64,000 nt of DNA from a candidate division TA06 bacterium (GCA_016235665.1 JACRJI010000003.1:160061-224060); one strand, 5' to 3'; shown: positions 17,398 through 26,884, counted from the stretch's first letter. Translations and numbers: made by a program. The notes: a model not told the origin generated them from the letters alone.

Positions 17398-17890
17398 TCA
17401 GTTTGAAATTACCCAGATAGACTACATTCCCGTCCTTCTTAAATGTCAATTTGATCTCCCACTCCCCGGGCATCACAAAAGTGACCGGCAGCAGGTAGTC
17501 GCCTTTCTTGTTAAGTTTAAAGACCGCCTCGGCGTCGTGGGCTCCGCTCATGGAAGGCATGCCGGACCTTCCCAGGATCTCCCAGCCCGGGGCCTTTTTG
17601 CCGTCCTTTGAGAACAGCTGGACCTTTAGCACGGCCGGGCCCATCTTGGGCTTTTTGTCGAAGTTGTAGGTGAAGTAAAAATCCTGTCCGATCCAGGCCT
17701 TTTTGCCGTAGCCGGGAAGCTGATTGTAGACTGGCGCTTTGACGGCTGACGGCTCGGCCGCATTTGCCTGGATTCCGCCGTTGGCAGCGGCTTTGGCCGA
17801 TGGACAGTTGGCGCAGTCGTGCTGGGCCAAAGCGGGCGCGGCGGCCAGCGACAGCAGGGCCAGGACCAGCAGGCTCTTTATGTAGAACAT
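17390..17890 (-). CDS. secreted Cys/Met-motif protein (possible periplasmic metal-binding beta-sandwich)
   Basis: Signal peptide, HDCANCP (CxxC) and MPSMSGAH (MxxM-like) motifs. An 8-nt overlap with the next gene suggests operon membership. Confidence 0.4.
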   Translation of the reverse strand: MFYIKSLLVLALLSLAAAPALAQHDCANCPSAKAAANGGIQANAAEPSAVKAPVYNQLPGYGKKAWIGQDFYFTYNFDKKPKMGPAVLKVQLFSKDGKKAPGWEILGRSGMPSMSGAHDAEAVFKLNKKGDYLLPVTFVMPGEWEIKLTFKKDGNVVYLGNFKLNV

Positions 17891-18250
17891 GTCTCTCCTT
17901 TGGGTAGGTTTTAACGGATGCTTAATAAGACTAATATAATCCTATTTAAGCGCTTTGTCAATATGAGGGCGGAAATAAACTTCGGGCCTTCCCCGGTCTT
18001 ATGCCAGGCCCGTGACGTCCGATCTTCCCGGGCCGCGGAAATGTGATTTTTTGCTTGAATTACCCCTAAAAAGTGGTAAAATAAGAGGTTAGTTGTTAAC
18101 ATGTTAAATTCCGTACATTTAGTATGGAATATTTTGAACCGCCAAGACGCCAAGGCCGCCAAGATTCTTTATAATTATACCCTTCGCGCTCTTTGCGCCT
18201 TTGCGGTTAGGTAGTCCCGGTTTATCCGGGTAGGCAATAAAGGAGCAAGC

Positions 18251-18616
18251 ATGCCATTCAAACGATCAAGCCAGGTGGGCCAGCAGATGAAGCGGGAACT
18301 TTCGGAGATAATCGCCGGGCAGCTCAAGGATCCCCGGCTGGGTTTTGTCACGGTCACCGACGTGGAGCTGGCCGACGACCTGCGTTATGCCAAGGTGTTC
18401 ATCAGCATCTACGGCGACCCGGATAAGCAGAAGCAGACCCTGAAGGGGCTGAAGAGCGCCAAGGGCTACATCCGGCGGGAGCTGGGACAGCGCCTGCAGC
18501 TGCGCAACTGCCCGGATTTCGATTTCAGGATAGACGAGTCCATAGCCCAGGGCGACAAGATAGACCATCTGTTGAACCAGATAGCCAAAGAAAAGAAGCC
18601 CGATGCCGATCAATGA
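18251..18616 (+). CDS. rbfA: ribosome-binding factor A
   Basis: 121 aa with the RbfA KH-like core (RLGFVTVTDVELADDLRYAKVFIS). Confidence 0.85.
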   Translation: MPFKRSSQVGQQMKRELSEIIAGQLKDPRLGFVTVTDVELADDLRYAKVFISIYGDPDKQKQTLKGLKSAKGYIRRELGQRLQLRNCPDFDFRIDESIAQGDKIDHLLNQIAKEKKPDADQ

Positions 18617-19571
18617 CGTAACCGAGGCGCTGGTTAGGCACCGACGTTTTCTTTTAACCAGCCACTACAACCCGGACGGCGACAACATCGCATCCCAGCT
18701 GGCCCTGGCCTCGATCCTGAGATCGCTCAACAAGCAGGTCTCGATCGTCGACCAGGACCCGGTGCCGGGGCGCTACCGCTTTCTGCCCGGCTGGGAATCG
18801 ATAAGCAACCAGATTGTCCCCCAGAACGCCAGCTGTGCCGTGGTGCTGGACTGCGGCAACATCGACCGGATAGGAAGGGCGGCGGACCTCATCACCCCGG
18901 CCACCATGGAGCTGGTCAACATAGACCATCACGTCTCCAACACACTTTACGGGCATTTCCACTACGTGGACCCGGAAGCCTCGTCCACCTGCGAGCTGGT
19001 CCTGCGCCTGTGCCAGAAGCTGAGGGTGAAGCCTACTCCGGAGCAGGCCCAGACCATTCTGACCGGGATGATGTCCGACACCGGGGGCTTCCGCTACGCC
19101 AGCACATCGGCCGACACTTTGAGGGCGGCCGGGCTTCTGTCGGACTACGGCGCTAAAATAGCCGAGGTGGCCGAACAGCTCTATTACCAGCAGCCCATCA
19201 ACCAGCTTAAGATACTGGGGGAACTGCTGAGCCGTTTAAAGACCGGGGCTAACGGCCAGCTGGCCTATATGTCGCTGACCCAGGAGCTGATTAAAAGATA
19301 CGATTTCGACCTGTCGGAGAGCGAGGAGTTCGTCAAATACGCCCTGGCGGTGAAGGGGGCCGAGGTGGCCATATTGTTCAAGGAGCAGGGCGACGGCATC
19401 ATCCGGGTCTCCTTTAGGGCCAAGGGCCGGGTGGATGTCAACCAGCTGGCCGGCAAGTTCGGCGGCGGGGGGCACATCTCGGCGGCCGGGGCCCGGCTGA
19501 ACACCACGCTGGAGGACGCGGTGCAGAAGGTGGTGCAGATAACGGAAGCGGAGCTGAGTGCCACGGATTAA
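18603..19571 (+). CDS. nrnA: DHH-family phosphoesterase, NrnA-like (oligoribonuclease/pAp phosphatase)
   Basis: DHH motif NIDHH, a DHHA1-like C-terminal domain with GGGGH, and a 14-nt overlap with rbfA. Confidence 0.8.
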   Translation: MPINDVTEALVRHRRFLLTSHYNPDGDNIASQLALASILRSLNKQVSIVDQDPVPGRYRFLPGWESISNQIVPQNASCAVVLDCGNIDRIGRAADLITPATMELVNIDHHVSNTLYGHFHYVDPEASSTCELVLRLCQKLRVKPTPEQAQTILTGMMSDTGGFRYASTSADTLRAAGLLSDYGAKIAEVAEQLYYQQPINQLKILGELLSRLKTGANGQLAYMSLTQELIKRYDFDLSESEEFVKYALAVKGAEVAILFKEQGDGIIRVSFRAKGRVDVNQLAGKFGGGGHISAAGARLNTTLEDAVQKVVQITEAELSATD

Positions 19572-19725
19572 CGGGGCTTACCACAAAGGCACAAAGACAC
19601 AAATAACTTTTGATTTCTTTACATACCATAAATAGACCAAAACACTAGAGTGTAAACCAGATATTATTAAAGACGTATTTTTAGTGCCTTTGTGTCTTAG
19701 TGGTTAAGTTAAAAAGGGAATAAAT

Positions 19726-20568
19726 ATGAAGAACTGGGGAATCATTTACAATCGCCAGCGGCCCGGGGCCGAGAACGTGATCCGGGAGCTCTCCACTTGG
19801 CTCAAGGACCACGGCATCGCCCCGGTCATCGAGCAGGGCATCCAGCTGGAAGGCTTTCAGTGCGCGGAGGAAAGCGAGGTGGTCCAAAGCTGCGAGCTGC
19901 TTTTGGCCCTGGGCGGCGACGGCACCATGCTGCGCTCGGTCCATCTGATGGGCTCTCAGCAAAAGCCCATCCTGGGCATCAACCTGGGCTCGCTGGGCTT
20001 TTTGACCGAGACCTCGCAGGACCAGATGTGGCAGAGCCTGGAGCAGGTGGCCCGGGGACAGTACCAGATAGAAGAGAGGGCCATCATCAAAGGCCGGACC
20101 GAGGGGCAGGAATACTACGCCCTGAACGACTTTGACATCCGGGTGCCCACCCGGCTGGTGGAGCTTTCGGTCTCGGTGGGCGGAGAGTTCCTGAGCCGCT
20201 ACTATGCCGACGGGATGCTGATCTCCACCCCCACCGGCTCCACCGCCTATTCCCTTTCGGCCGGCGGGCCCATCGTGGAGCCCACCATGGAGGTGATGGT
20301 GATCACTCCCATCTGCCCCCACACCCTGTCCATCCGGCCGATGATCGTACCCATGGACCGGACGGTGGAGGTGACCGTCCACGGCAAGAGGGAGGAGGCC
20401 ATCATGGTGGTGGACGGCCAGCAGAGGCTTTCCTTTAAGGCCGGCCAGCAGATAGTCTTCGAGAAGGCCGGGATCAAGGCCAAGCTGGTGAAGACCCAGA
20501 AATCCTCGTTCTACAACATCCTCCGCACCAAGCTCAAATGGGGGGCCCGGGGCGAGGACGGAAAGTAA
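19726..20568 (+). CDS. nadK: NAD(+) kinase
   Basis: GGDGTML motif and the NGxGSTAYS-like block TPTGSTAYSLSAGGPIV. Confidence 0.88.
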   Translation: MKNWGIIYNRQRPGAENVIRELSTWLKDHGIAPVIEQGIQLEGFQCAEESEVVQSCELLLALGGDGTMLRSVHLMGSQQKPILGINLGSLGFLTETSQDQMWQSLEQVARGQYQIEERAIIKGRTEGQEYYALNDFDIRVPTRLVELSVSVGGEFLSRYYADGMLISTPTGSTAYSLSAGGPIVEPTMEVMVITPICPHTLSIRPMIVPMDRTVEVTVHGKREEAIMVVDGQQRLSFKAGQQIVFEKAGIKAKLVKTQKSSFYNILRTKLKWGARGEDGK

Positions 20569-20701
20569 ACCGGGGCCCTTATGGGACGAGGATTTTCGCA
20601 GATCGATCTCAAAATATCACACTTATTTTTCCAACTGGTCCCGTAGCACGAACCAACAGGAGGTCATTAAAATGAGAAGACACTTTTAGGCCATCGCGGC
20701 C

Positions 20702-22561
20702 ATGGTGCTCATCACTGCCATCAGTGGTTGCGGAAAGAAGGGGGAAGAGATCATACCAGTACCAACTCCTATTTATCCGGTAGTTACCGCCAGCTACCCT
20801 CCGGGCGACACTCTTCACCTGTTCGTTCGCAATCATGCCATCATCATCGTTTTCAGCACGGCCATGGACCGGTCGTCGGTGCAAAGCGCCTTTTCAGCAA
20901 ATGGCGCAGCGGGCAACTTTTACTGGCAGGGCAATGAGATGACCTTTGTGCCCGATACCGCATTTTCCGCCGACACGACAGTGACGGTGTCCATTACCGG
21001 CAATGCCCTGGACCTGGCAGGAACGGGTTTAAATCCGGCTTTTTCCAGCTGGTACCGGACCTCGGACTCTCTGGATTCCAAGGCCCCCACGGTCTGGGCC
21101 CAAAACCCCCTGCCGGATTCCCAGAATATATCCATCGGCACCGATGTGATGGCCTATGCTTCGGAGGAGCTAATAGACTGGTCCACGAACTCCCTGACCT
21201 TGACTGATTCCGCCGGGGTCAAGGTAACCGGAAATACAGCCCTGGCCCTTTCCGCCACGGCCCTGAATTTCATGCCCAGTTCGGCCCTTAAATATAATAC
21301 CCGTTATTATGTGACCATAGACACGACCCTGCGCGACATGTGCTGGAACCGTTTGGCGGCGCAATACACCTGGACGTTCCGGACCGAGAAAGATCTGGTC
21401 AAGCCAACAGTGGTCTCCGTTTCCCCGGCGGCCGGCGACACCAATGTCACGGTGAATACTTCCATAACGGTCTGTTTCTCCGAGCCCATGGATCATAACA
21501 CGGCCCAGGCAGCGCTATCCCTGACCCCGGCCGTCGCCTTCTACGGTTACAGCTGGCAGGGAGACACTTTGATGACCGCCACCCTAGCCGACACCCTTTC
21601 CTTCAAAAAACAGTATCGCATCAACATCAGCACCGCTGCCCTGGATGTAAGCGGCAACCAATTGGCTTCATCGTACTCGGCCGGTTTCTCCACTTTGCGC
21701 GGACTGTTGGTGCTGTGCAATACCGCCAACGAGATCTACAGCTACCAGCAGGCCGACCTGAAGTTCGAAGGATACTTAAGGCCCTATTCGTCGCCCCGTC
21801 AGATCCGGATCTCGGCCGACGACAGCCTGGCTTATGTCCTGACCCAGAACGGGGTGGAGTTCATCCAGCTGAAGAATCAGAACAACCATCTGGGCACCGT
21901 CAACCTGCCCCAGACCTGCTACGGCCTGGCTCTTTCGCCCAACGGGTTGCAGCTGGCCGTGACCGACACCACGAATGACAGCCTGTACATCATCAGCACC
22001 GCCACCATGCAAAAAACCGGATCCGTGAAAACCGGCGGAATTCCCAAAGGTGTCTGTTTCAATCAGGGCGGAAAAGTTGCCGTTCTGTGCTGGGGTAAAG
22101 TGGAGATATACACTTCCAGCCTGGCGCTGCAGTACACAACCATTGTGCCCAACAACGGGGAAGAATTGGTCAAAGGCAACGGGGATACTCTTTACGCGGC
22201 ATCAGGCACCGGGATCTCGGCCATAAGTTTTGGCGACGGTTCCAAAGTATTCAACGACCTGACCGGCCTCAGCAACCATCCCTTCGGTCTGGCGTTTTCG
22301 CCGGACGGCGCGCATCTGGCCCTGGCCTGTTATGACGAGAATGCAGTCAAGGTATACACCACTTCCGGGACATATGTTACCACCGCCGCCGCAGGCACCC
22401 GGCCCAAGGGGCTTTGCTACAGCCCGGACGGAACCAAGCTCTATGTCTTAAATTCCGGCAGCAGCAATGTATCAGTTATCACCCGCAGTGGGAACACCTA
22501 CACCTTGTTAAGCACCGTTACGGTTGGCTCCGGGCCCTGGGGGATAGCGGTCACCCCGTGA
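20702..22561 (+). CDS. lipoprotein with N-terminal Ig-like (SbsA/Big-type) domains and C-terminal YVTN-type beta-propeller repeats
   Basis: Lipobox ITAISGC. Repeats of the pattern SP(D/N)G..L.V.. are present. A likely true start is the ATG at 20672, which has a strong AGGAGG RBS but is followed by an in-frame TAG at 20687 (see findings). Confidence 0.6.
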   Translation: MVLITAISGCGKKGEEIIPVPTPIYPVVTASYPPGDTLHLFVRNHAIIIVFSTAMDRSSVQSAFSANGAAGNFYWQGNEMTFVPDTAFSADTTVTVSITGNALDLAGTGLNPAFSSWYRTSDSLDSKAPTVWAQNPLPDSQNISIGTDVMAYASEELIDWSTNSLTLTDSAGVKVTGNTALALSATALNFMPSSALKYNTRYYVTIDTTLRDMCWNRLAAQYTWTFRTEKDLVKPTVVSVSPAAGDTNVTVNTSITVCFSEPMDHNTAQAALSLTPAVAFYGYSWQGDTLMTATLADTLSFKKQYRINISTAALDVSGNQLASSYSAGFSTLRGLLVLCNTANEIYSYQQADLKFEGYLRPYSSPRQIRISADDSLAYVLTQNGVEFIQLKNQNNHLGTVNLPQTCYGLALSPNGLQLAVTDTTNDSLYIISTATMQKTGSVKTGGIPKGVCFNQGGKVAVLCWGKVEIYTSSLALQYTTIVPNNGEELVKGNGDTLYAASGTGISAISFGDGSKVFNDLTGLSNHPFGLAFSPDGAHLALACYDENAVKVYTTSGTYVTTAAAGTRPKGLCYSPDGTKLYVLNSGSSNVSVITRSGNTYTLLSTVTVGSGPWGIAVTP

Positions 22562-22570
22562 TTTATAACC

Positions 22571-22632
22571 GAACTCATCCCCAGCCGCCCCTTCTCTTAA
22601 AAAGAGAAGGGGATCAAGGGGTTGAGTTCAAG
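22571..22632 (+). repeat. palindromic intergenic repeat element, family 2, copy D (extended ~60-nt imperfect palindrome)
   Basis: gaactcatcccc ... ccccttctctt-aaaaa-agagaagggg-atcaaggggttgagttcaag. Confidence 0.65.
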
Positions 22633-22674
22633 ATAAGTCCTTTGAAAGTTAGCGTCTAACCAAGAATTTTACCT

Positions 22675-24387
22675 ATGCTCACCAAACTAACCGTAAAAGA
22701 CTACGCCCTGATAGAATCGCTGGAAGTGGATTTTGCCCCCGGCCTCAACATCCTGACCGGAGAGACCGGCGCGGGAAAATCCATTTTAATAGGCGCCCTG
22801 GGTCTGGCCCTGGGCGAGAGGGCCGGCATCGACAGCGTCCGCACCGGGGCCAAGGCGGCGGTGGTGGAGGCCGAGTTCCAGGTCAAGGCTTACCGCCCGG
22901 CGGCCGAATTGCTGAAGGAGCTGGAGACAGAGCCTTCAGTTGACCCTTTGATCCTGCGCCGGGAGGTGAACGCCGCCGGCAAGAGCCGGGCCTTTGTCAA
23001 CGACAGCCCGGTGAACCTGGCCGGCCTGAAGCGCCTGGGCGACATCCTGCTGGATATGCACGGCCAGCACCAGCACCAGTCGCTGCTCTACGAGGAGCGG
23101 CACCTGGATTACCTGGACGCCTTCGGGCATCTGGAATCATTGCAGGGGCAGGTGTCCCAGCTGTTCTCGGATTACCACAAGACCAAAAAACAGCTGGACG
23201 AGCTGGTCCACAAGGAACAGCTGACCCGGGAGAAGATAGACCTGTACCAGTTCCAGCTGAAGGAGATCACTGACGCCGGCCTGCAGGCCGGGCAGGAGGA
23301 GGAGCTGGAGAAGGAAAAGTTCATCCAGGAGAACACCGAAAAACTTTTTGCTTCGGCCAGCCAGGCCTACGAACTTTTGTACGACGGAGAGGGCTCCATA
23401 ATCGAACGGCTGGGGACGCTGGAGAACCTTTTCTCCGACCTGTCCTCCATAGACGAGCGCCAGAACGAAAGCCGGGACGCGGTCCAAAACTCGCTGGCAC
23501 AGCTGGAGGAGACCGTCCGGTCCTTGCGCCAATACCGGGACAAACTGCAGTTCGATCCCGAGCGGCTGGAGGTGATCCGGGACCGGCTGGACCTGATCAA
23601 GACGCTGAAGAAGAAATACGGCCAGAAACAGGGGACCATAGAGGCGGTGCTGGAGCATGCCCAGCGGGTCAAGCTGGAACTGGACAGCGTGGAGCACGGC
23701 GAGGAGATCATTGCCAAGTTAAGGGCGGAAATGGAAAACGAAAGGCTGGAGCTGGAAAAGCAGGCCCTGTCGCTTTCCTCCAAACGGGCCGAGGCCGCCA
23801 AGAAGCTTTCCAAGGAAGTGATCGGGCAGTTGAAGGACCTGGGGATGGAGAAGGCCGTGTTCAAGACCGAGGTCGCTCAGACGCCGGATGCAGACGGACT
23901 GGTGGAAGTCAAAAAGCAAAGGCAGAAAACGGAGTCGTGGGGCATTGACCAGGTGCGGTTCCTGATCTCACCCAATCCCGGGGAAGACCCCAAGCCTTTG
24001 GCCAAGATAGCTTCGGGCGGCGAGATCTCCCGGGTGATGCTGGCCATCAAGACCATACTGGCCGAGGCCGATGCCGTGCCGGTGCTGGTGTTCGACGAGA
24101 TCGACGCCGGGATAGGCGGCCGGGTGGCCGAGGCGGTGGGCCATAAGTTGAAGGAGATCGGCAATAAGCGCCAGGTGCTGTGCATCACCCATCTGCCGCA
24201 GATCGCGGCCCTGGGCGATTCCCATTACGTGGTCAGCAAGCAGGAGAACAGGGGCCGGACCATCACCAATGTGCAGCAACTGGACCAGAAGCAGCGGGTG
24301 GACGAGCTGGCCCGGATGCTGGGGGGGAGCAAGGTGACCGAGACCACGGTCAAGCATGCGAAAGAGATGCTGGGAGTGAAAGACTGA
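22675..24387 (+). CDS. recN: DNA repair protein RecN
   Basis: Walker A GETGAGKS, a long coiled-coil, C-terminal SGGE signature and DEIDAGIGG. Confidence 0.9.
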   Translation: MLTKLTVKDYALIESLEVDFAPGLNILTGETGAGKSILIGALGLALGERAGIDSVRTGAKAAVVEAEFQVKAYRPAAELLKELETEPSVDPLILRREVNAAGKSRAFVNDSPVNLAGLKRLGDILLDMHGQHQHQSLLYEERHLDYLDAFGHLESLQGQVSQLFSDYHKTKKQLDELVHKEQLTREKIDLYQFQLKEITDAGLQAGQEEELEKEKFIQENTEKLFASASQAYELLYDGEGSIIERLGTLENLFSDLSSIDERQNESRDAVQNSLAQLEETVRSLRQYRDKLQFDPERLEVIRDRLDLIKTLKKKYGQKQGTIEAVLEHAQRVKLELDSVEHGEEIIAKLRAEMENERLELEKQALSLSSKRAEAAKKLSKEVIGQLKDLGMEKAVFKTEVAQTPDADGLVEVKKQRQKTESWGIDQVRFLISPNPGEDPKPLAKIASGGEISRVMLAIKTILAEADAVPVLVFDEIDAGIGGRVAEAVGHKLKEIGNKRQVLCITHLPQIAALGDSHYVVSKQENRGRTITNVQQLDQKQRVDELARMLGGSKVTETTVKHAKEMLGVKD

Positions 24388-24418
24388 GCCGGGCACTTCG
24401 ACAAGGCTTCGGCAAGCT

Positions 24419-24739
24419 TTGGAGCATTCCCCTGGCAGTTATTATACCGGGAGCACAAAGGATCTGGCAAAAAGGTTAAATGAGCACGACAATCTTCTTG
24501 GTGCAAACTATACAAAGAAGAAACATCCGGTTCGGTTGGTTTATTACGAAGAGTATCCAAGAATTGACACTGCTTTTTATCGGGAAAAACAGGTTCAAGG
24601 CTGGAACCATGCCAAGAAGAAAGCATTGATTGAGGGGAAAAAGAATAAACTGCCGTTGTTGGCTAAAAATTATACGCAGTTTGGGAAGTATGAAGAGCCG
24701 GTTGTTTCGACAAGCTCAACAACCGGAGATGATGTCTGA
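24419..24739 (+). CDS. GIY-YIG nuclease-family small protein, N-terminally truncated or TTG-initiated, low GC
   Basis: YYTGSTKDLAKRLNEHD ... VRLVYYEEY ... REKQVQGW matches the GIY-YIG core, but the usual YVYIL N-terminal strand is missing. GC is ~43%. Confidence 0.55.
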   Translation: MEHSPGSYYTGSTKDLAKRLNEHDNLLGANYTKKKHPVRLVYYEEYPRIDTAFYREKQVQGWNHAKKKALIEGKKNKLPLLAKNYTQFGKYEEPVVSTSSTTGDDV

Positions 24740-24844
24740 GTCTTGTTTGTTGGTGGCTGAGCCTGGTTCGTCGGTGGCCGAGCCTGTCGAAGCCACCGCA
24801 CTCATGTAAATAGAATTATAAATTAAATAAACTCGGAGAGCTTC

Positions 24845-25528
24845 ATGTTCCACACTTTCGCCAAGGGCTCCGTCTGGGGCCTGATCCTGGGCTACGACGT
24901 ATTCACCAACCTGATCATGTTCTCGCTGGTCTACCTCTCGGTCTATTCCTGGTCGGTGATAATATACAAGCATCGCTATTTCAAGAAAATAAAACAGGCC
25001 AACAAGAAGTTCATGGAATCCTTCCGCCGGCGCAAGACCTTCAACGACCCCTTCAAGTCCGCCAACCCCGATTCCGCCAGCTTCTCCGTGCTGGCCGAGG
25101 GCCTGGCCGAGGCCCACCGCCTTTCCGGCGGCGAGCAGGTCTCCTTTCCGCTGGAGGTGCTGCCCAACATCCAGGCGGCCATGGAGCGGTCCATCGGCCA
25201 GCAGGAGGAGGACCTTTCCGGCAAGCTGATCTCGCTGGCCTCCATCACCAGCATCTCCCCGCTGCTGGGCCTGCTGGGAACGGTCTGGGGCATCATGATC
25301 GCCTTTGTGGACATCAAAAATTTCGGGTCGTCAAGCATTCAGGTGGTGGCCCCGGGGATAGCCGAGGCCCTGGTGACCACCATCGCCGGGCTGGTGGTGG
25401 CCATCCCGGCCTCCATGGCCTACAACGCCTTCAACACCAACATCCGCCAGATGACGCTGGAGATGGAGAACCTGTCCTCGGAATTTTTGGGCGACCTGAG
25501 GATGCACTCGGTCTACGGAGGAAAGTAA
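24845..25528 (+). CDS. tolQ: MotA/TolQ/ExbB proton-channel protein (TolQ by context)
   Basis: 3 TM helices and the conserved C-terminal TM2-TM3 hairpin. Confidence 0.8.
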   Translation: MFHTFAKGSVWGLILGYDVFTNLIMFSLVYLSVYSWSVIIYKHRYFKKIKQANKKFMESFRRRKTFNDPFKSANPDSASFSVLAEGLAEAHRLSGGEQVSFPLEVLPNIQAAMERSIGQQEEDLSGKLISLASITSISPLLGLLGTVWGIMIAFVDIKNFGSSSIQVVAPGIAEALVTTIAGLVVAIPASMAYNAFNTNIRQMTLEMENLSSEFLGDLRMHSVYGGK

Positions 25529-25529
25529 G

Positions 25530-25937
25530 ATGCGGCGCCCGCGCACCGGCCTGCAGCCCATGGCTGCCATCAACATGACCAATCTGATCGACGTCTGCAT
25601 GGTGCTGCTGATAACCTTTATGATCACCGCCCCCATGATGCGCTCCGGGGTGGACGTGGCCTTGCCCAAGTCGTCGTCCACCAAGCCCCAGGAGGAGGAG
25701 GGCCTGACCATCACTTTGACCTCGGGCGGCAAGATCGTCGTCTCCAACCAGACCGTGTCCCAAAGCGCTTTTCCCAAGGTCATTAGCGGCCTGCTGGCGG
25801 CCAACCCCGGCCAGCCGGTCTACCTGAAGGCCGACAAGACCGTGCCCTACGGGCTGGTGGTGGAGGTGATCGGGCAGCTGAAGGAGCTGAAGGTCACCAA
25901 CCTGGGCTTGGTGACAGAACCCAAGCTGGGGAAATAG
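25530..25937 (+). CDS. tolR: ExbD/TolR biopolymer transport protein
   Basis: INMTNLIDVCMVLLITFM TM helix plus a periplasmic domain. TAG stop. Confidence 0.8.
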   Translation: MRRPRTGLQPMAAINMTNLIDVCMVLLITFMITAPMMRSGVDVALPKSSSTKPQEEEGLTITLTSGGKIVVSNQTVSQSAFPKVISGLLAANPGQPVYLKADKTVPYGLVVEVIGQLKELKVTNLGLVTEPKLGK

Positions 25938-25946
25938 GGCACTATC

Positions 25947-25975
25947 CGCAGATTACGCAGATTTACGCAGATTTA
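25947..25975. repeat. three tandem copies of CGCAGATT(T)A, period 9-10 bp
   Basis: cgcagatta cgcagattta cgcagattta, lying immediately after the tolR stop. Confidence 0.85.
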
Positions 25976-26038
25976 TTCTTTAATGGAAAACATTAATGGA
26001 ATCACGGGAACACAAATAAGACAATAGAATATTTTGTT

Positions 26039-26809
26039 TTGAACGCAGATATTAAAAGATATCAATTATTCGGCTGGGATTACGAGCATTTCAGCCCGTT
26101 GAATGAAAATGAGGTCAATTGGTATAAGAACTATGCCCGCAAGGCCGGAGGCCCAATTTTGGAGTTGGCCTGCGGCACTGGCCGTCTGTTAACCAAGTTG
26201 GCTGAAAATGGTTTTGATGTTACCGGGATCGATCTCTCCGACAAAATGATTGAGGTGGCTGGCAACAACATAGGAAAACTGCCAAAGGAAATAAGGAATA
26301 GGATCAAGCTTGTCAAAGGCGACATAAGGGATTTTGGCATGGAACAAAAATTCGGGCTAATAGTTGTCGCTGATAATTCTTTTCGCGAGCTTCGCACCAG
26401 GGAAGATCAAACAACTTGTTTAAAAACCGTCCTCAAGCATTTATCGCCCAAAGGTGCATTTTTACTGACTGTCAGGCGTTTTGATCTTTCAAGTTATACT
26501 GATAGCACAAGAGAAATTCCCTGGTCAAAACCGATCAGTGATCCTTCAAATAGTCATAAAGTATCACGAAAGGTGAAGTTTACATTATCGGATGACAAAA
26601 GGCGGGTAAATGGGATCTACATTTATAGGATAGTCGATTCGCAGGGCACAACGCGGTTTGAGGAATGTCCCTTTGTTTCTCCGGTTTTGCAGGAAGAAGA
26701 TTATTTTGCACTTTTAACAGAAGCAGGTTTTAAGCCGGAATTGTTTTATGATTTTAACGATCAGAAAAACAACACTGGTCAGACTCTTTGCTTTGTGTGT
26801 GGTAAATGA
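26039..26809 (+). CDS. class I SAM-dependent methyltransferase, low-GC insertion in the tol-pal operon
   Basis: Motif I LELACGTGR. TTG start with no obvious RBS. GC is ~43% against ~60% in tolR/tolA. Confidence 0.7.
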   Translation: MNADIKRYQLFGWDYEHFSPLNENEVNWYKNYARKAGGPILELACGTGRLLTKLAENGFDVTGIDLSDKMIEVAGNNIGKLPKEIRNRIKLVKGDIRDFGMEQKFGLIVVADNSFRELRTREDQTTCLKTVLKHLSPKGAFLLTVRRFDLSSYTDSTREIPWSKPISDPSNSHKVSRKVKFTLSDDKRRVNGIYIYRIVDSQGTTRFEECPFVSPVLQEEDYFALLTEAGFKPELFYDFNDQKNNTGQTLCFVCGK

Positions 26810-26830
26810 GAATTATGTAAAATGGAACCG

Positions 26831-26884
26831 GACCGATCCCCTTCCCTCTCCTAAAGCATTAGGAGAGGGAAGGGTGAGGTCAAA
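26831..26884 (+). repeat. palindromic intergenic repeat element, family 2, copy E
   Basis: gaccgatcccc ... ccccttccctctcct-aaagcatt-aggagagggaaggg + tgaggtcaaaag. Confidence 0.65.

Noticed and set aside
19582-19694. 11-bp inverted repeat (CACAAAGGCAC / GTGCCTTTGTG) flanking the nrnA-nadK intergenic region
   Set aside because: It is short, the arms are built from AAAGRCAC direct repeats, there is no coding capacity, and it is insufficient to call a MITE or riboswitch.
20687-20689. TAG reassignment (stop-codon recoding) as the explanation for the in-frame amber
   Set aside because: TAG is a functional terminator at hcp (9366-9368) and tolR (25935-25937) in the same contig.
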